From Podarcis filfolensis (lineage: Eukaryota), in the NCBI GenBank assembly GCA_964270895.1, contig OZ185441.1: DNA of 64,000 bases; one strand, given 5' to 3'. The position numbers were made by a program, and so were the translations under genes. Every line of letters starts with the position of its first letter. Position 1 is the stretch's first letter. Below, in pieces: positions 30,773 to 41,310 of this stretch. The notes below the pieces were generated by a model. That model was not told the DNA's origin and ran no database searches. It saw nothing but the letters and a program-made list of their open reading frames with translations.

Positions 30773-33241
30773 ATGGAAATGAATAACAGGAACAGGCAAG
30801 TGATTTTTTTCTTTCTGTCTCTCTGCATGTATGGGGCAATATGCAATTCCATCCAATATTCAGTGCCAGAGGAAAGGAAAACAGGGTCCTTGGTGGCTAA
30901 TGTGCTGAAAGATTTGAAAATGGATGCAAAGGAGCTGTCTGCTCGGAGAGCCCGGCTGGTTTCTAAGAGCAGCAAGCAGTATTTCCAGCTGGATCCTCAT
31001 TCTGGCAACATGCTATTAAAGGATAGAATAGATCGAGAGGCTCTCTGTGGTCAGAATGACCATTGTGTTCTGCTCTCTGAAATTGTGCTAGAAGATCCAT
31101 TGAAGCTATATAGAATTGAAGTTCAAATAGAGGATGTGAATGATAATTCCCCCAAATTCTCTAAAGATCAATTTATTTTTGAAATACCTGAGCAAACTCA
31201 CATAAATACTGTATTCCCTTTGGAGAGAGCTCAAGATTCAGACAAAGGAAAAAATACTATTCAGAATTACACGCTTAGTCCTAATAAGTATTTTAGGTTG
31301 GATGTGCAGAGTCACAGTGATGGTACTAAATATGCAGACCTAGTATTGGAGAAACCATTAGACCGTGAGGTGGAAGCAAAGCTTTTCCTAATTCTGTCAG
31401 CTGCTGATGGAGGAATACCCCACAAAACTGGAACAGCACAAATCATCATAGATGTTCTGGACAACAATGATAATGCTCCTCTATTTAATAAATCCGTGTA
31501 CCAGGAAAAACTGATGGAAAACAGCCCATTGGGTACATTAGTCACAAGAGTTGAAGCCAGAGACAAGGATATTGGTTCCAATGCTGAAATCACTTACACA
31601 TTTAGCCAAGTGCCAGAAAATGTGCAGAGATCATTCAGGTTAAATAAAAATACTGGGGAACTTACTATCTCAGGTATAATTGATTATGAAGAAAGCTCAA
31701 ATTATGAAATGAAAATCAGAGCTACAGATGGAGGGGGCCTTTCTGCTTACTGTAAAGTCATTGTAGAGATTGAGGATGAGAACGACAATGCTCCAGAGAT
31801 TACCATCACTTCCATCACCAGTCCCTTACCTGAGGACTCTCCCCCAGACACAGTGGTGGCCCTTTTCAGTGTCACAGATGTGGACTCTGGTGACAGTGGC
31901 AGAACTGCCTGCACCACTGAAGTCAACCTGCCATTTGTGCTCAAACCCACAGAGAACAACTATTACCAGCTGGTGACCCAACAGCAACTGGACAGAGAAC
32001 AAGCCTCTGAGTATAACATTACTATCACAGCCACTGACAGAGGCTCTCCCAGACTCACTTCCACAAGAATACTTCATGTTGAAATCTCAGATGTCAATGA
32101 CAACCCTCCAGTGTTTGTAAAGCCATTCTATCAAATGCAATTAAGGGAAAACAATATTCCTGGTCTTCTGATCGGTTTCGTCCATGCTGTTGATGTGGAC
32201 ACAGCGCAGAATGCCAAAGTGACCTACTCGCTTTTGCCTGGGAAGGTCAATGATGGCCCCACATCCTCTTACATCTCCATCAACTCTGAAACGGGGAACC
32301 TGTATGCCATCCGGTCTCTGGATTATGAGGAAGTAAAAGATTTCCATGTGAGAGTGAGGGCTGTGGATTCAGGTTCCCCTCCACTGAGCTCAGAAGTTCC
32401 CATCCGCGTTCAGGTTGTGGATGAAAATGACAATGCCCCCTTCATCCTCTACCCTCTCCAGAATGGCACTTCCCCCTCGAATGACCTGGTTCCCCGAGGG
32501 GCAGAAACTGGCTACCTGGTCACCAAGGTGGTGGCTGTGGACAGGGATTCTGCGCAGAACTCTTGGCTTTCCTACCAGCTGCTGAAGGCCACAGAACCGG
32601 GTCTGTTTACAGTGGGGGCCCAGAATGGAGAAGTGACCACCCTCAGGCCGGTCAGCAACCGAGACAGCTTCAAGCAGAATCTGATTGTGGTGGTCCGAGA
32701 CAACGGCCATCCTCCCCAGTCCACCTCTGCCACGCTCAGGATCCTCCTAGTGGACGGCTTCTCTGACCCTTATCTGAAAAGTGTGGCTCTCCCAAAGGAG
32801 GAAACAGTGGAGGAGGAAGACCCCAGCCTGACGATGTATCTGATCATCTGCTTGGCTGCCATCTCAAGCATCTTTCTCATTTCTGTTGTGGTGTTTGTTG
32901 TAATCAAGTTGCAGAAACGTGAAAAGTTCATAAGAACCTACAACTCTGGAGCCAATTTCCCGGTGGGACCTGATTCCCAGGAGAACTCTGCGGATTCTGG
33001 TGCTGGATCTCTATCCCAGGCTTACAACTATGAGGTGTGCTTAGCTGGTGGGTCTCTGAACAGCGAGTTCCGGTTTCTCAGGCCCCTGTTTCCTGTTTTC
33101 TCTGTGGAGCGTCCTAACACTCAGCTGAATCCAAGGAGTTCCAATGATTCTGAAGGAGTCCCCAGTCATGCAGGTGAAAGTCAACATGGGGTTCAGGTGA
33201 GAACACTGTTGGGAATTTGTTTTCTAATATTTAATTTTTAA
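30773..33241 (+). CDS. PCDHB: Protocadherin beta-like large exon, class A (gene 7); donor after 33196
   Basis: acaATGG at 30773 (MEMNNRNRQV); full architecture; CAG|GTGAGA at 33196/33197. Confidence 0.95.
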   Translation: MEMNNRNRQVIFFFLSLCMYGAICNSIQYSVPEERKTGSLVANVLKDLKMDAKELSARRARLVSKSSKQYFQLDPHSGNMLLKDRIDREALCGQNDHCVLLSEIVLEDPLKLYRIEVQIEDVNDNSPKFSKDQFIFEIPEQTHINTVFPLERAQDSDKGKNTIQNYTLSPNKYFRLDVQSHSDGTKYADLVLEKPLDREVEAKLFLILSAADGGIPHKTGTAQIIIDVLDNNDNAPLFNKSVYQEKLMENSPLGTLVTRVEARDKDIGSNAEITYTFSQVPENVQRSFRLNKNTGELTISGIIDYEESSNYEMKIRATDGGGLSAYCKVIVEIEDENDNAPEITITSITSPLPEDSPPDTVVALFSVTDVDSGDSGRTACTTEVNLPFVLKPTENNYYQLVTQQQLDREQASEYNITITATDRGSPRLTSTRILHVEISDVNDNPPVFVKPFYQMQLRENNIPGLLIGFVHAVDVDTAQNAKVTYSLLPGKVNDGPTSSYISINSETGNLYAIRSLDYEEVKDFHVRVRAVDSGSPPLSSEVPIRVQVVDENDNAPFILYPLQNGTSPSNDLVPRGAETGYLVTKVVAVDRDSAQNSWLSYQLLKATEPGLFTVGAQNGEVTTLRPVSNRDSFKQNLIVVVRDNGHPPQSTSATLRILLVDGFSDPYLKSVALPKEETVEEEDPSLTMYLIICLAAISSIFLISVVVFVVIKLQKREKFIRTYNSGANFPVGPDSQENSADSGAGSLSQAYNYEVCLAGGSLNSEFRFLRPLFPVFSVERPNTQLNPRSSNDSEGVPSHAGESQHGVQVRTLLGICFLIFNF

Positions 33242-33367
33242 GGATGGGATTCAACAAAGATCTAAGTGAGGTATGCTTGTGTGGAATGAGGTTTACTCAC
33301 ACAATGAATGAAGGAATGAATCTTCATTTGCGTCAACCATTGGCCATAGCAATAAAACAATACGATA

Positions 33368-33608
33368 CAGTGGTACCTCGCGTTACAAACACTTCAGGTT
33401 ACAAACACCTCGGGTTACAAACTCCGCTAACCCAGAAGTAGTACCTCAGGTTCTGAACTTTGCCCCAGGATGAGAATGGAAACCGCGCGCCGGCGGCATG
33501 ACGGCAGCAGGAGGCCCCATTAGCGAAAGAGCGCCTCAGGTTAACAACTTTTTCGGGTTAAGAACGGACCTCCAGAACGAATTTAGTTCGTAACCTGAGG
33601 TACCAATG
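33368..33608. mobile_element. Tc1/mariner (Tigger-like) MITE
   Basis: TA|CAGTGGTACCTC...GAGGTACCAATG|TA: terminal inverted repeats with a TA target duplication; internal GGTTACAAAC repeats. Confidence 0.88.
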
Positions 33609-36600
33609 TATACAAAGAATAGAAATGAAAAGTCAGTTATATAAAATACATTTTAGGGGTTTGGATCAATAGTCAAAACACTCACACAATATACTTCCCT
33701 CCTTTTGTTGCACTGCACATTCCCCAAACTTTCAGACCAGATTTAATATTACATATATGGGAAAGACAAAAACCAGTTTACATGTCATTTGTGGAAATGG
33801 ATTGCAGTATTTCGGTGCAGATTCTTCAAATATAATGTCTGTCCATTGACTACCAAACTTCATTAATCACATTTACCCAGAAATTCATTCTTTCCACTTC
33901 TGAAAATAACTCTGAGTTAGGGTATTTTACCTACGGGAAGCCTTTCTGAAATGAGAGAATGCTTTAAGTTGGAGGTTTAATTTGCAAATCAATTGGGCTT
34001 TTGCTATATATGGCTTAAATAGGGTAGTAAATTGAGAATCCAATATATTCATCACTACATAGTAAATATTATTTCAGAGAAATGTAAGACAGACTGTGAA
34101 TTAATGAAACTGGAATACATTATTGGCAATGAGACTTTTTATGAATATATTCTGAATGCTCTGTGTAAATTATGTTCTTGCTAAAGGGGAGGAGAATATA
34201 CGGTGAGTGGAAGAATGATAATTATGGGAGGTTATTGAAGATATGTCATTCCTTGGTGTGAATATGGGGATTAGAACAATACAATAAATCTTCCGGAAGG
34301 AAGTCCCAATTTCCAACAGCAGCATGGAAGACTAAAATTGGCTGAACAGAAACTGGGTAAGAGAACCATTTGGGAAACAAAAGATATATATTTTTTTTAA
34401 TGGTGAGAGTTGTGAAGCTAAAAACTCATTATTAAAGTATGGTGTAAGACTCAAAAGAATCATGAAGACAATTATGAGGAGTCATTCGTTTGGTGCTAAG
34501 GTGCGCAGTAACTAGAGCAGTAACTTCACATCTTTCATTCAGCCATTTAAACTCCATGAGTGATACTGGAGAAAGTAGAGGCGTATAGAGATAGAACGAA
34601 AGTTGAAACTTCATCTAGATAACAAGAAAGTACTGTCAGCCAGGTAATCATATGATCCAGGATCATAACTTGTTTGTGATGGCATTGTGCTCCTCCCTCT
34701 TAGGAACCGGGGCCTATTTGGGAGGAGGCTCCTGGATCTCCAGGTGGCAGTCTGAGCAGGAGAACCTCTTCATTAACTCTGACCAGTGTGCCAGCCGTGC
34801 CCTTTCTGGCAACAGTGACCCACACCAAAGTAATACCCACATTAGACTGCTATAATGTGAATTAAGCTGGGACTGTCTTTGCAGAGCACTTGAAAACTTC
34901 AGTTGGCCCATAGAAAGCTGCCTTATACCAAGCCAGACCACTGGTCCCTCTAGCCCAGCATTGCAAACACTTTTTAGGGTTTCAGGAAGGAATCATTCCC
35001 TGCCATAGCGGTCAAAATATGGCTGATAAAATATGTTGAACATTGCTTGCATGCCTTAAGGGTTGTGTCCTCCCGTGCATATTTGCCTGCACATCTAGAT
35101 CAGCTGCTATGCTCCATTTTCCTCCACCATCTAAGCCAAACCTTGGCTTAGCTGTAGATGTTTTTTGTGGTGATTGTTGGTAAGTAATTGTGGCAAAAGT
35201 CTCTTAACTGGTGTATTTATTTTGAGCTGGGCTGCTTTCCTGATTTTGGATTTTATTCTTGTTTTATTGAAAATGTTGTGAGCTGCCTCATAGAGAAGTA
35301 GGGTACAGATTGTGTAAACAAGCTAACAACTATTTGTGTCACTCTAATGAAGGAAAGAAGGCTTGGGAATGGAGGTTAGTAGCAAACGTAAATGCTACAA
35401 AGCTGCTGGACAAAAGGTATAGTTGTTTTTGGTATAATGAGTTCCCTGCTATGATCTCAGGCATTGTATTGAGTTCGTTCAAGCTGAAAAGAAACGGGAT
35501 TGTCACCAAACTCATAGTACTACCATCCTTAGCAGTAGAACGTTGTTGTATCTCACAGTCACAGTTCATATTTTGGGTTTTCAGAAAACGTTTGCTATGT
35601 TCCTGTCTGGTAAGCATGGCATTTCATTACACTCTTCTTACTGCAGTTTAATGCCTTGGCAGCATTTATCTAATGAAAACCACATCAGCTTTCAGAAAAT
35701 TACAATGCACTTTTTTATGTCCTTTGCAGGCCAGAGCATCTCTCTCTGAAGACGCTGCTCCCAGATCTGGAGCCCCGGGTTGCATTGTTAATCAGGCAAC
35801 TGGGGCAAATATAAACTGTGGTCAAAATGACTGGCTTACCTATCAATAGATGAGGACGACCAACTCCATCCATCTTTCTTTCTCTGAAGACAAATAACCA
35901 AATGATCAAGTCTCATGCAAGAAACTTGACCCCTGGCCTAAAAAAATATGGGTCCTCTGCCTAAAGGAGAAAGATACCAGGAAACTCTCTTGTGCAAGCA
36001 AATAGAAAAGAACAGAAATGCTCTTGAGCTGTTCTCATTCATTTCGATGGAGCTTATGTAGGAGAATGTGTAGCTGGATTGTCCACATACATTGACCTAG
36101 TAGACAATTATATTTATGCTTTGTAGGATTTTACAATAGCCCACTGCTCTTTTGATCTAGCTGGTTAAAGAAATGTAGGTGACTTTATTGCATGCTCATT
36201 GTTGTAATTATTCCTTAGTTTGTTTTTATGCTAGCTTTGCTGCTTTCCTTCAAATATTTTCAATGGTTATAGCAATTTCTCATAAATTCTGTTTGCTGGT
36301 TGTAATGCAGCTGTTAGTAGTATCCAGTAGCTTCATTTGAAGACCTAGCGAGACAAATGAATGAATATAATCAGTAAGGGGGAGAAGTCTGGACATAGTC
36401 CACTGGGACATTGAAAGGAATGGGAGCTTTGTAAGAGAATATTTCTCCCATTTATTTCAGCGAAGCTTGCACATAGGACTTCCATTTCTCAGTGAATTTA
36501 CACTTTATTTTCTAGTCATAGTTACACTGTGTGTGCACTTTCCTGTCTAAATGCTCAATTCTACCGTTTCCTGTAGCTATATTTGTGTTAGCAACTTCTC

Positions 36601-36847
36601 TTTCTTTGGCCTAGTTTGCACATAACACTGAACTAAATCTAGATGCTCACTTGATTATTATATCACAGAACAGTTAAAAGCACAAGCAAGAGCAGTCAAG
36701 CCTAGAGAACAGTTTGAATTTTTTGCCACTTGCAGCTCTGTAGCTTTTGGAGGAGGTCTGGGCTGACATGTAGCGCTTACATTGTGGTTGATACTAAGAT
36801 ATATAAACCAGCTACAAATTTTGGTTAATGAACCATAGTTAAACTGT

Positions 36848-36935
36848 TGAGCTGGGTTCACACATAACAGTCAGCTGCAGTTTAATGAACCATAAATTAA
36901 TAAACCATAGCTTAGTGTTATGTGCAAACCAGGCT
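36848..36935. mobile_element. Short foldback (MITE-like) repeat remnant
   Basis: ctgggttcacacataac ... gttatgtgcaaaccagg imperfect inverted ends. Confidence 0.35.
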
Positions 36936-38524
36936 GCCAAGTCCACATACACACACTGCAAGTGTGCATACACATACATGTGCACATGTTTTCTCTGAAA
37001 TTTAACTATTCCTGTTTTCCTGCAATTGATCCCCCAATCTGCGGCCAGTGTTAAAAATTGAGATATGAAAGCTAGGAGCTAAAAGGAACCTTAAACCTAG
37101 GTTATGGGCGCAACAATGAAATGTCTAGGTGTGCTTTTTTATAGGAAGAATACAAAACTTAAAATGAACTGCAGATAAAATATTATGTTCATTTTTCACA
37201 TGGTCTAGTCCTTTCCTTGCCCAACCCCCTAATATTATTAAGAGGGTCTCTTCTCCAGTCTTCAGAGAGTAGCTGGAAGCAGGGAGACAGAAAAAGGTCC
37301 TCTTTTCCTTCCACTCTGCAGTTTTAATCTGAAATCTTAGTCACAGAAGTGCGCCCAGAGCTCTGAAACTGCTCGCGCTAATGAAATTCCCTGCTGCAAA
37401 ATGTGCCTAGAAAAATGGGAGTTTCGAACACTGCGGCTGATGCTGAGAATTTTTTTGCAAGCTAATCAATACTTCTTTCCAGCAATGGGATAATGAAGCA
37501 TACTGTATTTGAAAAGAACAATGTAAACTATGCTAAATCACATTATTTAAAGCTGGCCTTTAATGTTGGTTTATTTATGGTGTTTGGAACTACTCCGGTG
37601 GTAACTAGATGGACTTAACACCAAATTGATTCCAATCTCCATTCTCTACAGGGACAGGGACAATTTAGTGTTAAACCCAGCTGTCAGCCTATGATAAACT
37701 GCTACTGTAAACACTCTAAAACAGGAATTATAGACTATATTATAACAGTGTGGTTTCACAGTTATGTGGTTATGTAGTTGTGCAGTTTGGAATAGAATTT
37801 TCAGTAAACCTTTGTGTTTTGGGAATTGTATTATATTCTTACAATGACAAAAATTCACAATAGTGAAGCATTTTGAAGTCTGTGGATGAAAGGAAGTGGC
37901 AAGTAGTCTTAGAGTGAAACAGGATAGGAAAGAGTGCAATTTATATACAACTGGAATCAGCAGGGAAACAGATATAGAATGCACATATTTCTTTTATGCA
38001 CTGTCAATGTCATCTTTTTGTTATGAGAGGATGAAAAAGATGCTGTGTACTTTTACATATTGTTTGCTAGATTTGAATATCATTTTTGTATGTTCATAAA
38101 ATAATAAAATCACTTTCTAAAATCTATGGATGGAAATGCTTTGTGAAACAGGATCCCTGGGGTGGGGCAGCAAGCATCAGCAAGGCAAACTGCTGTACAG
38201 ACCAGGCATGGGCCAGAGGGAAGAAATTCTCCCTGATCTGCTTCACCAACCTACTGTGGTTGTAATAATTTAGAGACATTTCCTTACAATAAACATTGGG
38301 ATGGGAGTTTAGAGGACACCTGGAGAATGAAGGCATTCTGTCAGTTTCTCTCAGCTTGACTATATTATTCACTACTTGTATTACTAACTGCTGGGATACT
38401 TTATAGCTTACCCTGCTGCCTATACACACATACATACACTTTAAATAAAAAGCACAAAATTACAAGTGCACAGAATAAAACACAAAAAAGAAGGAAGTGA
38501 AAAGCCTTCAAACATTTGAAGACA

Positions 38525-38610
38525 GATATCATGTCCTCTTAATCTTCCCTTCTCCAGGTTATATATACCTAGCTCCTTCAAACTTTCACCATATTACTTG
38601 GTCTTCAAAC
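38525..38610 (-). mobile_element. CR1 LINE remnant
   Basis: cttctccaggttatatatacctagctccttcaa resembles the conserved CR1 3' region (recognised from memory). Confidence 0.4.
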
Positions 38611-39347
38611 AATCAAACATAAGAAGACAACAACAAAGTCACAGTTAAGTCCTTGGAACATTTCCCGGATTGCTACCAAGTGTAGTGACAAGAGGTTATT
38701 CCCACAAGACTGTCCCTTATCAGTCTCCTAATTTCCTGGGGTTTCCCTGATGCCTTTTAAGGTAATGTAACATAGCTTCTAAGTGTGAGGGTGTTAAAAT
38801 AAGCTGAGACCACATAGGTTATGAAACAAATAAAGTGTTTAGAAAGACGGGAAAAAATACGGAGTTTTAAAAGAAAGATGTGTAATGCAAAAATTACTGA
38901 AAACCACCCCCCTTGGAGCAAAATAGCAAAATAAAGCCAATTAAAGCACCATCTACTTTCCTGGGACTAAGCAGTCATTCAACTCACCAGACTCTCAGGA
39001 GAATCTTACTCCTAAGTAGCCTATCTCCCAGGCTTACAAAGATTTTCCTTTATTATGTTGGATTCGACACTGAACTAAAGAACCTCCACAATGGCTCCCC
39101 TTGTCAACCACAGGTTAAGAGATGTGCCAATTCTTACATAAACAATGAGGTATTCACTACCTTAATATTTAAGCCTTGGGATATTTGCTGGGTTTCCAAG
39201 TTAATTCCATAATCCCCTCCAATGAAGAGACAGGTAAAAATATACATTCCCAAACAAATAAAATATGCAGCAGCCCGTATAAGTAAGAACAAAAAAAAAA
39301 AAATTTTCTTCCAGTAGCACCTTAAAGACCAACTAAGTTAGTTCTTG

Positions 39348-39385
39348 GTATGAGCTTTCGTGTGCATGCACACTTCTTCAGATAC
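39348..39385 (-). ncRNA. Mirror-image minimal hammerhead ribozyme motif in the inverted arm
   Basis: Exact reverse complement of 39938-39975. Confidence 0.7.
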
Positions 39386-39937
39386 ACTGAAACAGAAGTT
39401 GCCAGATCCTTCTATATAGTGAGAAGGTGGGGAGGGGTATTACTCAGAAGGGTGGTGGGAATGGGTGATTGGCAGATGAGCCTGTTGACGACTCTTAACG
39501 ACTGCAATAGGTCTTACAGGAAAAAGCAAGGGGTGAGAAGGTGAAAAATGGCTTTGTCATGTATAATGAGATAAGAATCCAATGTCTTTGTTCAGACCAG
39601 GTCTCTCCATGGTCTTAAGTTTGGTAATGAGTTGCAATTCAGCAGCTTCTCTTTCCAGTCTATTTCTGAAAGAGAAGCTGCTGAATTGCAACTCATTACC
39701 AAACTTAAAACCATGGAGAGACCTGGTCTGAACAAAGACATTGGATTCTTATCTCATTATACATGACAAAGCCATTTTTCACCTTCTCACCCCTTGCTTT
39801 TTCCTGTAAGACCTATTGCAGTCGTTAAGAGTCGTCAACAGGCTCATCTGCCAATCACCCATTCCCACCACCCTTCTGAGTAATACCCCTCCCCACCTTC
39901 TCACTATATAGAAGGATCTGGCAACTTCTGTTTCAGT

Positions 39938-39975
39938 GTATCTGAAGAAGTGTGCATGCACACGAAAGCTCATAC
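39938..39975 (+). ncRNA. Minimal type-I hammerhead ribozyme motif (Penelope pseudo-LTR)
   Basis: GTAT-CTGAAGA-A-GTGTGC(AT)GCACAC-GAAA-GCTC^ATAC: core boxes, 6-bp stem II, 4-bp stem I (GTAT/ATAC) and self-complementary AGCT stem III. Confidence 0.7.
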
Positions 39976-40699
39976 CAAGAACTAACTTAGTTGGTCTTTA
40001 AGGTGCTACTGGAAGAAAATTTTTTTTGTTTTGTTTTGACTATGGCAGACCAACACGGCTACCTATCTGTAACCGTATAAGTAAGGATCATGCAATCAGT
40101 TTCGGAAAGCAAAGTTTATTTCATTTTCTGGTTTGACATGTGAATTCTTTGATTAAAGCCATTTTCCAGACACACCTATGAGTTTAGGAATATACCCTCC
40201 AGAGTCCACCATTTGTGTTCTGCTTCCAAGTATGTAGCCACTAGTAGGAGTATTAGATCTTTAAACCACACATCTTGATTAGGACTATCAGAAAAGTTTA
40301 ACACAGCTAAAACTGGTGCCATCTTCAAAGGTTAACCTGTGCTAAGAATAATCTCTGAAAATACACTTGACGAAAAGATTTGTTCCACTGGACAGTGCCA
40401 TCACATATGAAGGTAAGTCCCAAGTTCACCACATAATCTCCTTCAATGTGAGCTTGCTGTATTAGTGATTCTGAAAAGTTTCATGGGAGTAAAACACCAT
40501 TTAGGTATCAGTTTTAAAGAATTTCTCATATATGGACTGACAAGGAGCAGAAAGTTTTTTTTCACCCACAATTTCATCTTCTGTGGCTGCAATGTCTAGT
40601 TCACATAGTCTTGGTTCCCAACAAAAACATCATATTTCTCACAAAACCTCAGGTTGCTTGGGCTGCTATCCCCAGATCTAACAGGAAGTGCATTAATTG

Positions 40700-41050
40700 A
40701 TTATACTGAAACCAGTTTTTAGTGCACTTCTGGGATCTGTTTCTCCTTGATAGGTAAGTTGTTTACACAGAAATAGTAAAGGCAAAGGGATTTAGCTGTA
40801 ATAAGTTCCAGATATTGAGAGCCACCTGCAGGGACGGGTTAGAAAGTTGTAAGGAAATTGGTTCTCTTGGGAGAAATGGAATTGCTCTGTAAGATGGGTG
40901 CAATAACACTATCCCGACACAAGGTTTGCCATCTTCATTATTGCTTAAGGAACATAAATGTCTAATCTGAACTGCATCAAAGTAAGGGCTGTAAATTTGG
41001 AATCTACAGAATCTGATTGTTGACTCTGGGCTTTTTACCCCCATGCATAT
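40700..41050 (-). mobile_element. Possible degenerate L1/Tx1 ORF2 remnant
   Basis: Minus-strand peptide ...PFLPREPISLQLSNPSLQVALNIWN loosely resembles Tx1/L1 ORF2. Confidence 0.3.
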
Positions 41051-41164
41051 ATTTACTTGGCCAGATCTTAAATTGTTTGGGAGAGATCGAGGTTGGCAAG
41101 TTCTGGAACAGGTACAGGAATTTTGACAATAACATTATTCTAACAATTGCTAGGTGTTCCTATC

Positions 41165-41310
41165 TTGCCTTCACAACAACCCTGTAAGGTAGGGTAGGCT
41201 GACAGGCTGTGAATGGCCAAGGTCACACAGTGAGCTTTCAAGTCGGGATTTGAACCTGCATCTCCCGGGTCCTAGTCTGACACTCTAACCACTGCACCAC
41301 ACTGGCTCTC
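41165..41310 (-). mobile_element. tRNA-derived squamate SINE (Squam-type), degenerate
   Basis: caacaaccctgtaaggtagg...ccaaggtcacacagtgagc...gggatttgaacc...ctctaaccactgcaccacactggctc; related to the copy at 46941. Confidence 0.7.

Larger units (their letters stand above)
39296..40027. repeat. Near-perfect inverted repeat: 360-bp arms (39296-39655 / 39668-40027), 12-nt spacer
   Basis: Manual reverse-complement comparison found one mismatch; the ORF track shows identical mirror ORFs at 39350-39544(+) and 39779-39973(-). Confidence 0.97.
39288..40072 (+). mobile_element. Young 5'-truncated Penelope-like element with an inverted duplication of its 3' part; 13-bp TSD
   Basis: Right arm encodes REAAELQLITKLKTMERPGLNKDIGFLSHYT*, a GIY-YIG endonuclease C-terminus, then a pseudo-LTR with a hammerhead motif; CCGTATAAGTAAG at 39275-39287 and 40073-40085. 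Confidence 0.88.

Noticed and set aside
39350-39544. Identical 64-aa ORFs on opposite strands (also 39779-39973)
   Set aside because: A by-product of the inverted repeat; antisense to the Penelope coding strand.
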